DNA from: a virus
Lineage: Duplodnaviria > Heunggongvirae > Uroviricota > Caudoviricetes
Strand: one strand, 5' to 3'
Virus record (IMG/VR): IMGVR_UViG_3300033463_000007
Coordinates: 1-64,000 of that record
Length of the DNA: 64,000 nucleotides
The notes beneath the pieces were generated by a model, which saw nothing but the letters and a program-made list of their open reading frames with translations, made no database searches and was not told the origin of the DNA. The position numbers and the translations under genes were made by a program. Positions 1 through 11,031 of this stretch are shown here, piece after piece. The number at the start of each line of letters is the position of its first letter. Position 1 is the stretch's first letter.

Positions 1-1
1 A

Positions 2-97
2 TACTTTATAGAAAATAATGCAAGTTTAAAAAGTTTAACTGATGAAAACGCAAGTATTATAGCTCACTTACGTGCCGAAATTAAAAAGTATAAATAG
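2..97 (+). CDS. 3' end of a hypothetical protein (truncated by window start)
   Basis: Open frame YFIENNASLK...IKKYK ending in TAG at 95-97, overlapping the AGGAG RBS of the next gene. Confidence 0.55.
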   Translation, partial: YFIENNASLKSLTDENASIIAHLRAEIKKYK

Positions 98-110
98 GAG
101 ATAACTGATA

Positions 111-866
111 ATGAGAGCTAAAAAAATTATTACAAATTTAGATAAATTACGTACAGCTTCGGCACCTCTTGAGTTTATTCAAGCAGATGGCACAACAGAT
201 AAAACTGAGGGATTAGAAATCATAGAGCAATTAAAAGCTATTTTACAAAAAAATGATAATATTTTAGCTATTGCAGCTCCACAGATAGGTATAAATAAAA
301 GAATTTTTTGTATTAAATTTACAGATACTATAAAGACATTTATTAATCCTATTATTACTAAAAAAAGTAATTATATTGTTGCGCCTGAAACATTTAGTAG
401 TATGCCCGGCAAAGAAATTTTAATTTGCCGGCCAGAAGATATTACAGTTGTTTATTATACAGATGAATTTAAGTATGAAGATAATAAGCTATTAGGTCCT
501 GCGGCTAGATTATTTGATCAGCAAATTCAGTTGTTAGATGGTGTTTTACCAGATGAACTCGGACTAATTTCAACAGTAGAAACAGATGGTTCTATAGCTG
601 ATATGACACAAGAAGATATTAATGAATTAATGAAAATATATAAAAAATATATTTCCATTAAAACAACAAATATACAGCAGCAAATAGAGCAGGATACACA
701 AGCATCAGAAGAATTAAAAGAAGAATATAGAAAACTCAAATTTACGGAAGATGTTATTAATAATCGTGCTCAAGTAATTAAAGATAATGATGAAGTTAAA
801 ATGAATCGAGCTCAACGACGAGAAGCTGCTAAACTTGCAAAAAGAATAGCTAAAAAGGGAATGTAA
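111..866 (+). CDS. def: Peptide deformylase-like protein, probably catalytically inactive, with C-terminal helical extension
   Basis: PDF-fold motifs AIAAPQIGINKRIF, FINP and RPEDITVVY are present. EGCLS is replaced by ETFSS and QHExDHLxG by DQQIQLLDG. Confidence 0.8.
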   Translation: MRAKKIITNLDKLRTASAPLEFIQADGTTDKTEGLEIIEQLKAILQKNDNILAIAAPQIGINKRIFCIKFTDTIKTFINPIITKKSNYIVAPETFSSMPGKEILICRPEDITVVYYTDEFKYEDNKLLGPAARLFDQQIQLLDGVLPDELGLISTVETDGSIADMTQEDINELMKIYKKYISIKTTNIQQQIEQDTQASEELKEEYRKLKFTEDVINNRAQVIKDNDEVKMNRAQRREAAKLAKRIAKKGM

Positions 867-868
867 TT

Positions 869-1084
869 ATGAAGGAAGAGTATATTAAAACATTTAATAA
901 TCAAATTATTGGTATTATTGAAACATATCCAAATGGCGATCAAGCTGCTCGTGCTTTTCCGAGCAGACAGGTATTAGGATATTATAGAGCCATTTCTAAC
1001 ATAACTACTGATTTTTATGGCAGAATTTTAGCCCGTGGTAATACTGTAGTATCTTTAATTTATAATCAACAAAATAAAAAATAG
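869..1084 (+). CDS. Hypothetical protein (71 aa)
   Basis: Compact ORF tightly packed between the def-like gene and topA. Confidence 0.7.
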   Translation: MKEEYIKTFNNQIIGIIETYPNGDQAARAFPSRQVLGYYRAISNITTDFYGRILARGNTVVSLIYNQQNKK

Positions 1085-1093
1085 GAAAATTTT

Positions 1094-2932
1094 ATGCTAA
1101 TTTCGGAAGCAAAACATATTTTAATGCTGGTTGAAAGTCCTAATAAAGTAAAAAAAATTACTGAAATATTAAAGCAACTTGGTTATAATAATATTTTAGT
1201 TATGGCTACTATGGGGCATACCACTAATATTAAAGATAATAGAAAAAGTTATAAAAACTCTGGTATTTGACCAGATCAAGAATTTAAAACTGAATATGCA
1301 ATTATTCCAGATAAAGAGAAGCTAGTAGCCAGTATTCGTGCTCAAGCAAAGCAAGCTGACTTAGTATTAATAAGTTCAGACCCCGACCGCGAGGGCGAGA
1401 ATCTTGGAAATCAAATTAAACAGTTATTAAAACTGTCTGATGATAAATATTATAGAATTAAATATCAAAGTATTACACCAACAGCTATTAAATATGCTTT
1501 AGAACATCCAGAAAAAATGGATACTAATTTAATACAGGCTGCAGAAACAAGACAAATATTAGATAAACTTGTTGGTTATACACTATCACCACAAGCTAAA
1601 GCTTATCTTGGTACAAAGTCTGTCGGTCGCTGCCAAAGTGCTGCATTAAAAATTGCAGTTGATAGAGAAAAAGAAATTAGAGATTTTATTCCTGAACAAT
1701 ATTATGATGTTTATTTACATTTTGAAAAAAATAATGCCCCGTTTACAGCAAAATATATTGGGACGGATGATCAAAAAATAATACATTTAAAAAGTGAGGC
1801 TGAAGCTAAAACTGTTAAATATAATTGTAATTCTGATTTTATAATCACTGAAATAAAACAAAACAAGAAAACAGAATCTGCTAAGCCCCCATTTAATACC
1901 TTAGCACTACAGCAGGAAGCTTCAAGATATTTAAATTTAAAAGTAAAAGATATAATGTCACTTGCAATAAAACTTTTTGAAAATGGTGATATTACATATA
2001 TGCGTACAGATGCTCAATTTTTAGCCGATGATTTTTTAAATGAACTTTTACAGTATATACAAACTCAATTCAATATTACAGCGACTAAAAAAATAAATAA
2101 TAAAGCATCAACCAATGCACAAGAAGGTCATGAAGCAATAAGACCAACAAATATTAACTATACACCTGAACAATTTAAAGAACAAACTAATAATCAATTA
2201 TTATATAAACTCTATAAATTAATTTGACAACGAACAGTTGCAAGTGTACTACCTGATGCAGTTTATTCAGAAACACAATATATTATTACTAATAACAATC
2301 AAAAATTTAGCTTTAATACTTCTGAGGTTTTAAAATTAGGTTTTAAGCAAATATATAATATAGAAGTAATTGAAGAAGATACTCCAGCAAAAACTTTAAT
2401 CACTTTTAATAAAGATGAAAAATTACTAAAATGTGAACTTGAAGCTGTGGCAAAACAAACACAACCACCAAGTAGATATTCAGAAGCAAGTTTGGTAAAA
2501 GCATTAGAAAAATATGAAATTGGTAGGCCCTCTACAACTGCATCTATTATAGAAACTGTATTGGATCCAACTCGTGGCTATGCAACTTTAGTAAATAAAC
2601 AAATTATTCCAACTGAACGCGGAATTCAACTTAGTAATTTTTTGGATCGTGCTTTTAATACCGTTATTAATTTAAATATGACTAAAGAAATGGAAAAGAA
2701 TCTTGATCAAATAGCTCAAGGAAAGCTTTCTAAATTAGACTTTTTAAATTCATTCTTTAATATTTTAAAAACAGCTGTTGCCCAAAATAAAGAAGTTGTA
2801 CAGTTAGATAAAACTATAAAAACCTGTCCAGAATGCGGAGCAGCTTTAACAGTTAAAAGAAACCGATTTGGTACACTATTTTACGGTTGTTCAAATTATC
2901 CACAATGTCATTATACAGAAACAATGCAATAA
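1094..2932 (+). CDS. topA: DNA topoisomerase IA (612 aa, code 4)
   Basis: One frame after reading TGA at 1268 and 2225 as Trp. Motifs: TOPRIM LVESPNK and SDPDREGE, SVGRCQS, active-site ITYMRTD, HEAIRPT, LYKLI(W)QR, GRPST, C-terminal Zn ribbon CPEC..FYGCSNYPQC. Confidence 0.95.
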
Positions 2933-2938
2933 AATTAC

Positions 2939-2971
2939 AAAATAAAGGAAAGTACACTTTCCTTTATTTTT
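2939..2971 (+). terminator. Intrinsic terminator hairpin after topA
   Basis: AAAATAAAGGAAAGT / ACTTTCCTTTATTTT inverted repeat with T tail. Confidence 0.8.
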
Positions 2972-2982
2972 ACTATAAAATC

Positions 2983-2998
2983 TGCTAAATTAATTGAT
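2983..2998 (+). promoter_or_regulatory. Putative phage late promoter motif (TGCTAAATTAATTGAT)
   Basis: One of 10 intergenic copies of GCTAAATTA upstream of genes. Confidence 0.7.
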
Positions 2999-3070
2999 TA
3001 GTGAAAATTTTAATAAAAACACTAAAAATAAAAAATTATAAAAATATAAATAGAATTTAAGGAGTATATT

Positions 3071-4123
3071 ATGGCAACATTACGTCCAGACCAAATGGAG
3101 GCAGCAAAAGCCTGATTATATGATTTGCTTGTAAGCAGCAAATTAATTAAAGTTACCAAAAAAATTCGTGATGATTGGTATTATAATAATGATTGATACT
3201 ATTCAAAATCTGATGCCCAGCAAATAGTAAGCACTATTATGGGTGACCGAACTGTTGGATATCAAAAATTTCTTGATTTAGATAAAACGTTAGAAGCTCT
3301 TTCAAAGAATCGTTTTACACCAAGTTTAACAAATCCACAGGCAAGAACAGTTAAAAAATCTGCAGATGTAATTGCAACTTATATTGCATATTTTTGTAAT
3401 TCTAAACAAATTTATTGAGATAATTCTCTATGTACACCTTTTGAGATGGATGAAATCAAAAAAACTAAACTCGGTAGTGCACTTTGGGACTATAACTGTT
3501 TTACTTCACAATATGGTACAACGTCAGCTATACCAAGTAAGGTAAAAACTGCTTCACCTTCTGCAAGTAGCACACGAACAGCTCCAACAGTCGGCTATAA
3601 GGCTTTAGGTGGCTTATCTAATATTGTTCCAAACCTTATATCACGTGGAAAAGTATATCCGGGCTCTACAAATTCTTTATTATATTGTATAGAAGCTGAT
3701 AAGCTTGGTGCTAATACTCCATGTATTTTTATTACCCCTGTACGTCAAGATGGTACACAAGTAAGTGCTGCAAATGCCAGCGCAGTTAAAGTAGGTAGTG
3801 GTAATGGTTATTCTGATTGTAAATTATGGTGGGAAGACCTTAATGTAGCACAAGATTTCTTAAATAAATGTCAACAAAAATTTAGTAATAGTAAATTTGG
3901 AAACTTACATATAGCCAAAGGTAGAAATGATAGCAATGGTTATTTTGAAGTTTCTACTGAATTTGGTAATGCTTTTATTAAAGCCTCTCGTTTAAATGAG
4001 GAAATTGTAGAAGCTATAGAAAATGAGCAAGAAATTGAAAATCCAGTACCTAAAAAACGCGGTGGCTATACTATTAAAAATATTGATGTTTATGATGAAG
4101 CATTTGATAGGTGTTTAAATTAA
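3071..4123 (+). CDS. Hypothetical protein (350 aa, code 4), possible internal head protein
   Basis: AGGAG RBS and ATG at 3071; 3 in-frame TGA join it to the 3446..4123 ORF; RLNEE site near the C-terminus. Confidence 0.8.
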
Positions 4124-4145
4124 ATAAATAGAGAGGTTAAAATAA

Positions 4146-5570
4146 ATGAAACTTAAAAAATTAGTTGAAGCTAAAACAAAATTAACTGAAGCTGATGAAT
4201 TTGAAGATAGAGCTACTGATCAAAATTTATCAGATATAAATCCAGCAACAGCTTCTGAGGAAACTATTGCAGCTGCATTACAAAATAATGTTGAAGATGC
4301 TACAGATGGAAATATTACTATACCAGATGATGCGGCTAAAAGAGCAGCTAGTGAAATTTCAGATACAGCTAAAGCAATAGATGCCGATGGTGTTGCAATG
4401 GCACCAGATGGCATACCCGGTATGAGTGATGATGAAGTATTAGGCGTAGAAAATGATATAACACGAACCCTAGATGATGCTCTTCGTATTGCACGTAAAG
4501 GTAAGCGTCAGCATCAAAAGAAAAACGCAAATGTATTAATTACAGGTTTACCGGGCTCGGGCAAAACTGCTATTGTAGAAGATTGAGCACACTCAAAAGG
4601 TATATACCCACGTACAGTTGAAACAACAGACCCAAATTTTAAAGAGGCTGTTTATGGTTTAACCTTAAGAGATATTACAAAAACTGATGTAAATAAAACA
4701 GCAAAAGCAGCTTCAAACTTCTTTGATGACCTTGACGAAAATGGTGAATGTATTTTATTTTTAGATGAGTTTAATAGAGGTGAAGAAGACTTAAGACGTG
4801 CAATTTTAACACTTGTTAATGAACATTGAATTCCAGATCCAAATTATCCAGAAGGACACAGATATTTTAATAATTTATTATTTTCTGTGGCTGCTATTAA
4901 CCCAGGTGGGCTTAGGTGAGATAGGAGCGCTGGAATACTTAATGATGCTGAAAAGTCAAGATTTTCTCAGCATATTGATTTTGATTCAAATGTTGAGACA
5001 ACTGTAGATTATTTTCAAAAGCATTGAGATAATGCCATTAAAAAATTAAATAAAAATGACCCATATTATTTAGAGGATCTTGAAGAGTATTTAAAAAGTC
5101 AACATTTGGGTTTATTTATTGTTCAAAATAGAAAATTTAAATATGATACAGCAGCTGATCAAGAAGAATTACATGAACTTTCTAAGGTAATGCTTAATCA
5201 GCGCGAATTAACAATAGGTATAAATTTCAGTGAAGGTGATGTAGACCGCTTTAAATTTTGAGTTGAAAAAAAGTCAAAATTTTTACAAAGAGATATTGAT
5301 ATGTTACTTGCAATATTAGCTCAATACCAGCAACCAACATTAGAACAACTTATTAAACTAAAAAATAGAGCACTTGGAATTGATTTATCACCCTCTGCGG
5401 CCTCTATGCAGCAAAAAGATACAGAAACTACTAAACCCGCAGTTCAAGATGATGATGAAGAGGATGATGCCAGTCATTTATTTATGGGAAATGGTAGTAA
5501 AGCCCCAACATTATCTCAGGCTGATGTAGAACTCATTCTTAGTGATGTAATAGACAATTTAAATTTTTAA
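4146..5570 (+). CDS. MoxR-like AAA+ ATPase (474 aa, code 4)
   Basis: Walker A GLPGSGKT, Walker B ILFLDEFNR, sensor-1 AAINP, Arg finger AEKSRF. Acidic N-terminal leader with LVE and LTE sites. Confidence 0.88.
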
Positions 5571-5593
5571 ATAAGTAATAAGGTAATTCAGCA

Positions 5594-6748
5594 ATGAAAA
5601 AAAGTTTACACTCAAATTTACTAAAAAAACCATTAGAAGAGGCTGATCTTAAGGTTTATAAAACAAAAAAAGAAGAAGAAGTAAAACAATGAATACTTAA
5701 AATGCTACGAGATGATGGTCATGGGCATCATTATCCTAAATTTGCTAAAAGATTTGAGGACTTTCTTTTTCAAATTGTTCGACAGCCAACAAATGAAGCT
5801 GATGATCCAGAGGCCTATTGGTTTACGGCTGCAACTAACTTTGAAATGCGTACTATCTGAATAGGCGAAGGCTTTCTAAAAGATGAATCTCTTCTTTATC
5901 AGGTAAGTGTTTTAATGCGTCATGAACTTCTTCATAATTTATTGATGCATGAAATTAGAATGATGCATAAAATTGGAGAAAAATCTTGAGCTCATTTTCA
6001 ATATAGTCAGTCTATTCAAAGTTTATTAAATATTATTGATGATTATGAAATTTCAAATGATATTGATGATGATCATCCAGGTGGTTACAGTAAAGAAGAT
6101 AAAATTATAGTAAAAAATATGACACTTAATGGTAAAGTAATTGGTGGCTTAGTTACTGAATTTGACCGACCAGATTGAGCCCGAATGAGTGTAGAAGAAA
6201 TGTATGATGCAATGACACAAGAAATTGCAGCTATTAAAGCTGGTATGGCAAAATCCTTAAGAAATTATTTGGGTCAATATATACCAGATAGTAAAGATCC
6301 GCTAAGACGTGAAATTGCATCAGCTAAAGCTAAGTATTCAGATATTACTTCGCCTAGTGCAATTCATATGCCAATAGGTGATTTTATAAATAGTCGTCTT
6401 TACAAGAGATACCCAAAAGTTATACAGGATGTAATTTCACAATTATATAAAGCTCTAGTATTAGAGCCAGATAGTTCATATGAAATGGCAAATTTCGATA
6501 GCTATTTAAATCAAATTGCTAATTCTGATCTTATGGAAGTTATAACATTACTAAGTCCTCAAAATAAAACAATAGTAGAATTACATACACCAGAGGAAAA
6601 GCAGCTGGCAATTGAGGTATTAAAAAATATAAGAGACTTTGACTGGGCAGCGGAATGACATAAAAGAGTTGTTAATGGTTTAGCTAATAAAACAACATAT
6701 TCAGATGCAGATATTCAGACTATCTTAGATGCTCTCGAAAATGAATAA
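5594..6748 (+). CDS. Putative zincin metallopeptidase, DUF2201_N-like (384 aa, code 4)
   Basis: FTAATN...VLMRHELLHNLLMHEIR...LLNIIDDYEISN pattern (HExxH); lies between the MoxR and vWA genes. Confidence 0.8.
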
Positions 6749-6762
6749 AAAAGGATATAAAA

Positions 6763-8418
6763 ATGAAAAAAAAGATATTATTTAAAACTTTAAATGAAGA
6801 TATAAATTCTAATGATACCACTTCTATACTTGGTGATTTAATTGATCCAGCAATTCGTGGTAAAGCAAAGGAAAGAATTCGTATTTTAGATCGGACGGCA
6901 TCTTTAGCAAGAAGGGCAGCCAAGAAAGCTAGAAAAAATAATGATTTTGAAAAAGCAGATGCGTTAGAAAAAAGAGCGGATGAATTAGAAACGCTAAAAA
7001 AACAAGCCCAGGAAGAATTGGCTGGCATCGAAGTACTGCCTGGTAAGAGTAGTACTAAAAATTCTGATGGTGAAGGTAACAAAGAAGACACCAGTGAAGA
7101 AGAAAAAGATAAGAAAGAAGATAAAGAGGGAGAGACTAAAGAAGAAACTACAGAAGAGGAAGATAAAGAAAGTAAAGAAAGTGATAAAAAAGAAGAAAAT
7201 AAAGATAAAACTGATAGTAAAAAAGGTAAAAGTAAGGATAAGGATAAAGATAACGAAGATGACGACGAAGATGATGATGACGATGAAGAAGATGACGACG
7301 AAGATGATGACGAAGATGATGACGAAGATGATGATGATGAAGAAGATGACGACGAAGAAGTTGAAATAGAAGTTAATCCTTTTGAAGATCCTAATGATCC
7401 AAATAAGAAACAAAAGAAAGGCAAAAAAGTAAAGCCAAAAGATCCAAGCGTTGAAAAACTTATTAGTATTTTAAAAAAAACACCTAAAGAAGCGCGACAG
7501 GGCGTTTTAGATGGTTTAAGAGATGTTTTAGATATTAGAAAAGGTACAAAAACGGAGTCTATACATGAAGCATTAAAACCTATGCCAACTGAAAGTTTAT
7601 TAGATTTATCTGATGATAGTTTTAATGATATGATAAATAATGTAATAGACGAGGTTAGTACTGTTATAGGTCTAGACATCGAAGACCCTGATGAAAATCG
7701 AGCAAAAATAGATCAAATCAAGGCTGATTTAGTTGATCCTATCGCACAGCAAGAACTTCAGCAAGAAGTTGAATTTAATCAACAAAAAGACTATCAAAAA
7801 ATTAAAGCTCGTGAACAGGAATTAGACCAATATAGGCATAAAGGTGCTTTTAAGAGTATAGCAGATTTTAAAATAAATTTTTGACGTGCAATTAATGATC
7901 AAGTAGATAAATGCAAAGTTAAAAAAGAAACTCCAACCCGTATTAATCCAAATTATGAGGGTGAAGATATAATTATACCGGGTACATATCACAGAACAAC
8001 TTATGATCCCAAAAAACCAAAAGTTGCAATTTTCTTTGACCAATCTGGTTCTTGGGGAGATAAAGAAATTGAAATTGGTGAAAAAGCTGTTTCTGTAATT
8101 AATGGTTTTAGAGATGCAGGTGAAATAGACTTAGAAATTTATTATTTTGCAGAAAAATTATCTACTAGAGCACATGATCCGTATATACGTTCTGGTACAA
8201 CTGCATGGCCATTAATTTTAAATCAAATAAAAGCTGATAACATTAATAATGTAGTAATAATGACAGATGATGATATGAATAGGTTGAGTATGGATTATGG
8301 AACCTGTAAAGTTGATGGTTGTGTTTGATATATTTGAAAAGACGGTGAACAAGCAGCAAACTTACCCCAAAAATTATTTGGTAAGCTTGGTACATACCAA
8401 TATGAATTTCATGTTTAA
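6763..8418 (+). CDS. vWA (MIDAS) domain protein with long charged/acidic linker (551 aa, code 4)
   Basis: C-terminal VAIFFDQSGS (DxSxS), SGT and VIMTD MIDAS motifs, reached by reading TGA at 7882 as Trp. Confidence 0.85.
7255..7359 (+). repeat. Low-complexity GAA/GAT/GAC tract encoding 35 consecutive Asp/Glu
   Basis: EDDDEDDDDDEEDDDEDDDEDDDEDDDDEEDDDEE; imperfect 12-nt units GAAGATGA(T/C)GAC. Confidence 0.9.
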
Positions 8419-8435
8419 TTAAGGAGTTAAAATTT

Positions 8436-8933
8436 ATGGTAATTAAAAAATTAACAGAAAACAAAAAAGAAAAACTACCTATAGATTTTTTAACTTCTAG
8501 TGCAAGTCAAGGCTGAAGTGAAGTTGGAAATTTAAAAGCCAGTTTAGATGGAATTAAACAAAATTTTTCTGGAACCACCAAAGTTGAGCAAATTCTTCAA
8601 GATCTTATCGATGCATATTTGGTTTATATTGGGCAATTAGAATTACTGATAGATAAAAAAGATTATCTTGAATTACCGGATGAAACTGATTTAAAATCAA
8701 AGTTAGCAGAAGACTTAGAAATTATAGTTAAACCTGAAAATAATAAAGTTGTTTTGGATATTAAAACAACAGAAGATGACGCAATAGCAGCTGAAGAACC
8801 TGAACAAATTATAGTCGCTAATGCAGATAAATCAGCTCCTTTTGAATATTTTTGCGATTTTGATGATCCAGTAGTTACTCAAGAAGAATCTTCTCCATAT
8901 AAAGCATGAACAGCATATACTAATAATATATAG
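8436..8933 (+). CDS. Hypothetical protein (165 aa, code 4)
   Basis: AAGGAG RBS; starts MVIKKLTEN; 2 in-frame TGA; ends in TAG before a terminator. Confidence 0.8.
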
Positions 8934-8959
8934 GACTTAAACAAGTAGATAATTAATTG

Positions 8960-8990
8960 AGAGCACATAAATTAATTTATGTGCTCTTTT
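8960..8990 (+). terminator. Intrinsic terminator (palindromic)
   Basis: AGAGCACATAAATTAATTTATGTGCTCT followed by TTT. Confidence 0.8.
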
Positions 8991-8993
8991 ATT

Positions 8994-9009
8994 TGCTAAA
9001 TTATACGAT
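8994..9009 (+). promoter_or_regulatory. Putative late promoter motif (TGCTAAATTATACGAT)
   Basis: Copy of the GCTAAATTA motif immediately after a terminator. Confidence 0.7.
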
Positions 9010-9091
9010 GGTGCGGCTGATTGTAGCTTATCCTTTCACTATTTTTGGCTGCACTCATCATTTAGATATAAGGAGAATTGGATTTATAATA

Positions 9092-11017
9092 ATGAATATT
9101 ACAGAACTTAAAAAAAGAAAAAAATCAAATGTAACACAAACTGTTACTACTGGAAATATTCCATATAATATAAAACAATTTAATAAACATATGGGTACAG
9201 ATTCAAATAATCCGAGTACTGCTGAAGCACAAAAAGCTGCAAAAGCAGCTGCTAAAGAAGTTGGAACTATTGCTGCTGCTAGCCCAGATGGAGCTAATAC
9301 TATTATAACTTCTAATGAAGGTGGTACCATGTCAGAAAATTTAAAATTAACAGAAAGTTCAATAGTTAAAAAATCTATGGAATTATCTCCAGATAAGCAT
9401 TTAAGATGAGGCTGGGATAAAGGTGATATTTTTTGAGTAGAACAAATATCTAAAATGCCTGATAGCGAATTATTTAAGACAGATTTTCGTAAAATATACT
9501 CTTCTGAAGATGCCGCGGAAAAAGCTTTTAATAAATATGCTAAAAGATTAAAGGAATCAATCGCACTGAAAGAAGATAAAATGTATGCTGCAAGATTTGA
9601 TCAAACTTTTGACCTTCCGGATGATATTCATATTATAGATAAAAATACAATAGAAGATGAACTAGAAAAATTAGAGCCTGAAGAAATTTTTGAAGTTGGC
9701 TATATTACACCTATTTATTTTTATGCTGACCTTTGGGATAAGTTCACTCTTCTTAAATGTACACAATTAAAAGGATATACCGGTGTAGACTATATAGAAG
9801 CTAGGGCTAATGATGATGCAAATAAACAAGCAAGGATTGACATATCAAAACAAAATATTGCAAATGGCTCCGGTATTCATTTAAATAGACAGCCACTAGC
9901 TGGTAAAATTGGTGACTTTTCTGCTGATTATGCTAGTACAAATAAAACGGTATATCGGAAATCTATACTAACAGATGATTATAATACTTTACTATTTTAT
10001 CCAGAGGTTGGATCTAGGCCAACTGTAAAGTATTATATTGATTTACACAATGGTATGGGTTATTTACCAGTAAGACGTGATCAACTTGAACGTACTATTA
10101 TAAAGAAGGTCTCGGAATTTGCAGATCAACTTGCCTCATGAACAACAAAAGATGGTAAGTTAAAAACACAAAAACGTAGATGGACGGAAGCTCAATTAGC
10201 TGATAAAATTAGAAAACAAATAGCTGCAGATGCTGCAACAATTAATTCTGTTACATTAGATGCAACAAAAAGTATTGAAACACGTTCGAGAATTTCTGGA
10301 ACAGAAAAAAATACAACAGTAGAAAAGCCACAAGTTAGAGCTTTATATACAAATCAAATATACTTTTTAAAAACGCCTTATAGACAAATTGGCCAAATGA
10401 TTACAGAAAGTTTAAAATTACAAGAAGATAAACGTTATGTAAGACGTTATTATATTAGACCTCAAAATGTATTTTGTAGTAATAAACAGGATATTTTACA
10501 AGCATTAATTCAATTTGCCGATCAGAATTGTACTATTTATACATTAAACAATTTAGGTGATGAAAAAGATGTTACAAAATTAACAAATAATGATATAATT
10601 TATTATTATGATGATGGTATTCTTTTTGATAAAAACCATATTCGTATCATGGATTATGATTTATATATTAAACATGAAGAGGAACGTAAAAAGATAGACC
10701 CCGAAACAGTTTCTGATGCTACTTTTATAAATGTATACCAAGATAGAATTACAGATTCAACACGTACCGATGAGGCATTTAATCTAGACTTTGTAGATGT
10801 TAATGCATATGGTGAAATTTTAACTGAAGGTAAAGTTATTAATTTAACTTGTTGTATTTGTGGTGAACCAATTGAAGGTTATGGAAATAATCCAGAACCA
10901 TATATGTCTGCAGAACATGGTGAAAAATGTTGTGATAGTTGTAATATACATTACGTTATTCCAGCTAGGCTTGATCAGTTAGATACAAATGAAGAAGTAT
11001 CTTTAAAAGATAGATAA
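9092..11017 (+). CDS. Multi-domain hypothetical protein with C-terminal Cys zinc-finger (641 aa, code 4)
   Basis: ORFs 8957, 9455 and 10397 share one frame joined by TGA. Segments are bounded by LTE/LKE/ITE/LQE sites; CCICGEPIEGYGNNP...CCDSC. Start placed at ATG 9092 after AAGGAG. Confidence 0.8.
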
Positions 11018-11031
11018 AGAGGTTATTTATA

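Noticed and set aside
2521-2540. Possible additional sense-codon reassignment (AGG to Met, as in some uncultured Bacilli)
   Set aside because: AGG encodes the conserved Arg of topA GRPST. Too few CGG codons at conserved sites to judge that codon by eye.
7255-7359. Short tandem units as a possible CRISPR array
   Set aside because: No spacers; it is an in-frame coding D/E tract. No repeat-spacer array was seen anywhere in the window.
6720-7679. Minus-strand poly-Ser ORF and overlapping ORFs 6994-7413 and 7067-7369
   Set aside because: Shadow frames of the low-complexity acidic tract in the vWA gene.
8957-9091. ORF-track N-terminal extension from TTG 8957
   Set aside because: It runs through a terminator and the promoter motif; the RBS supports ATG 9092.
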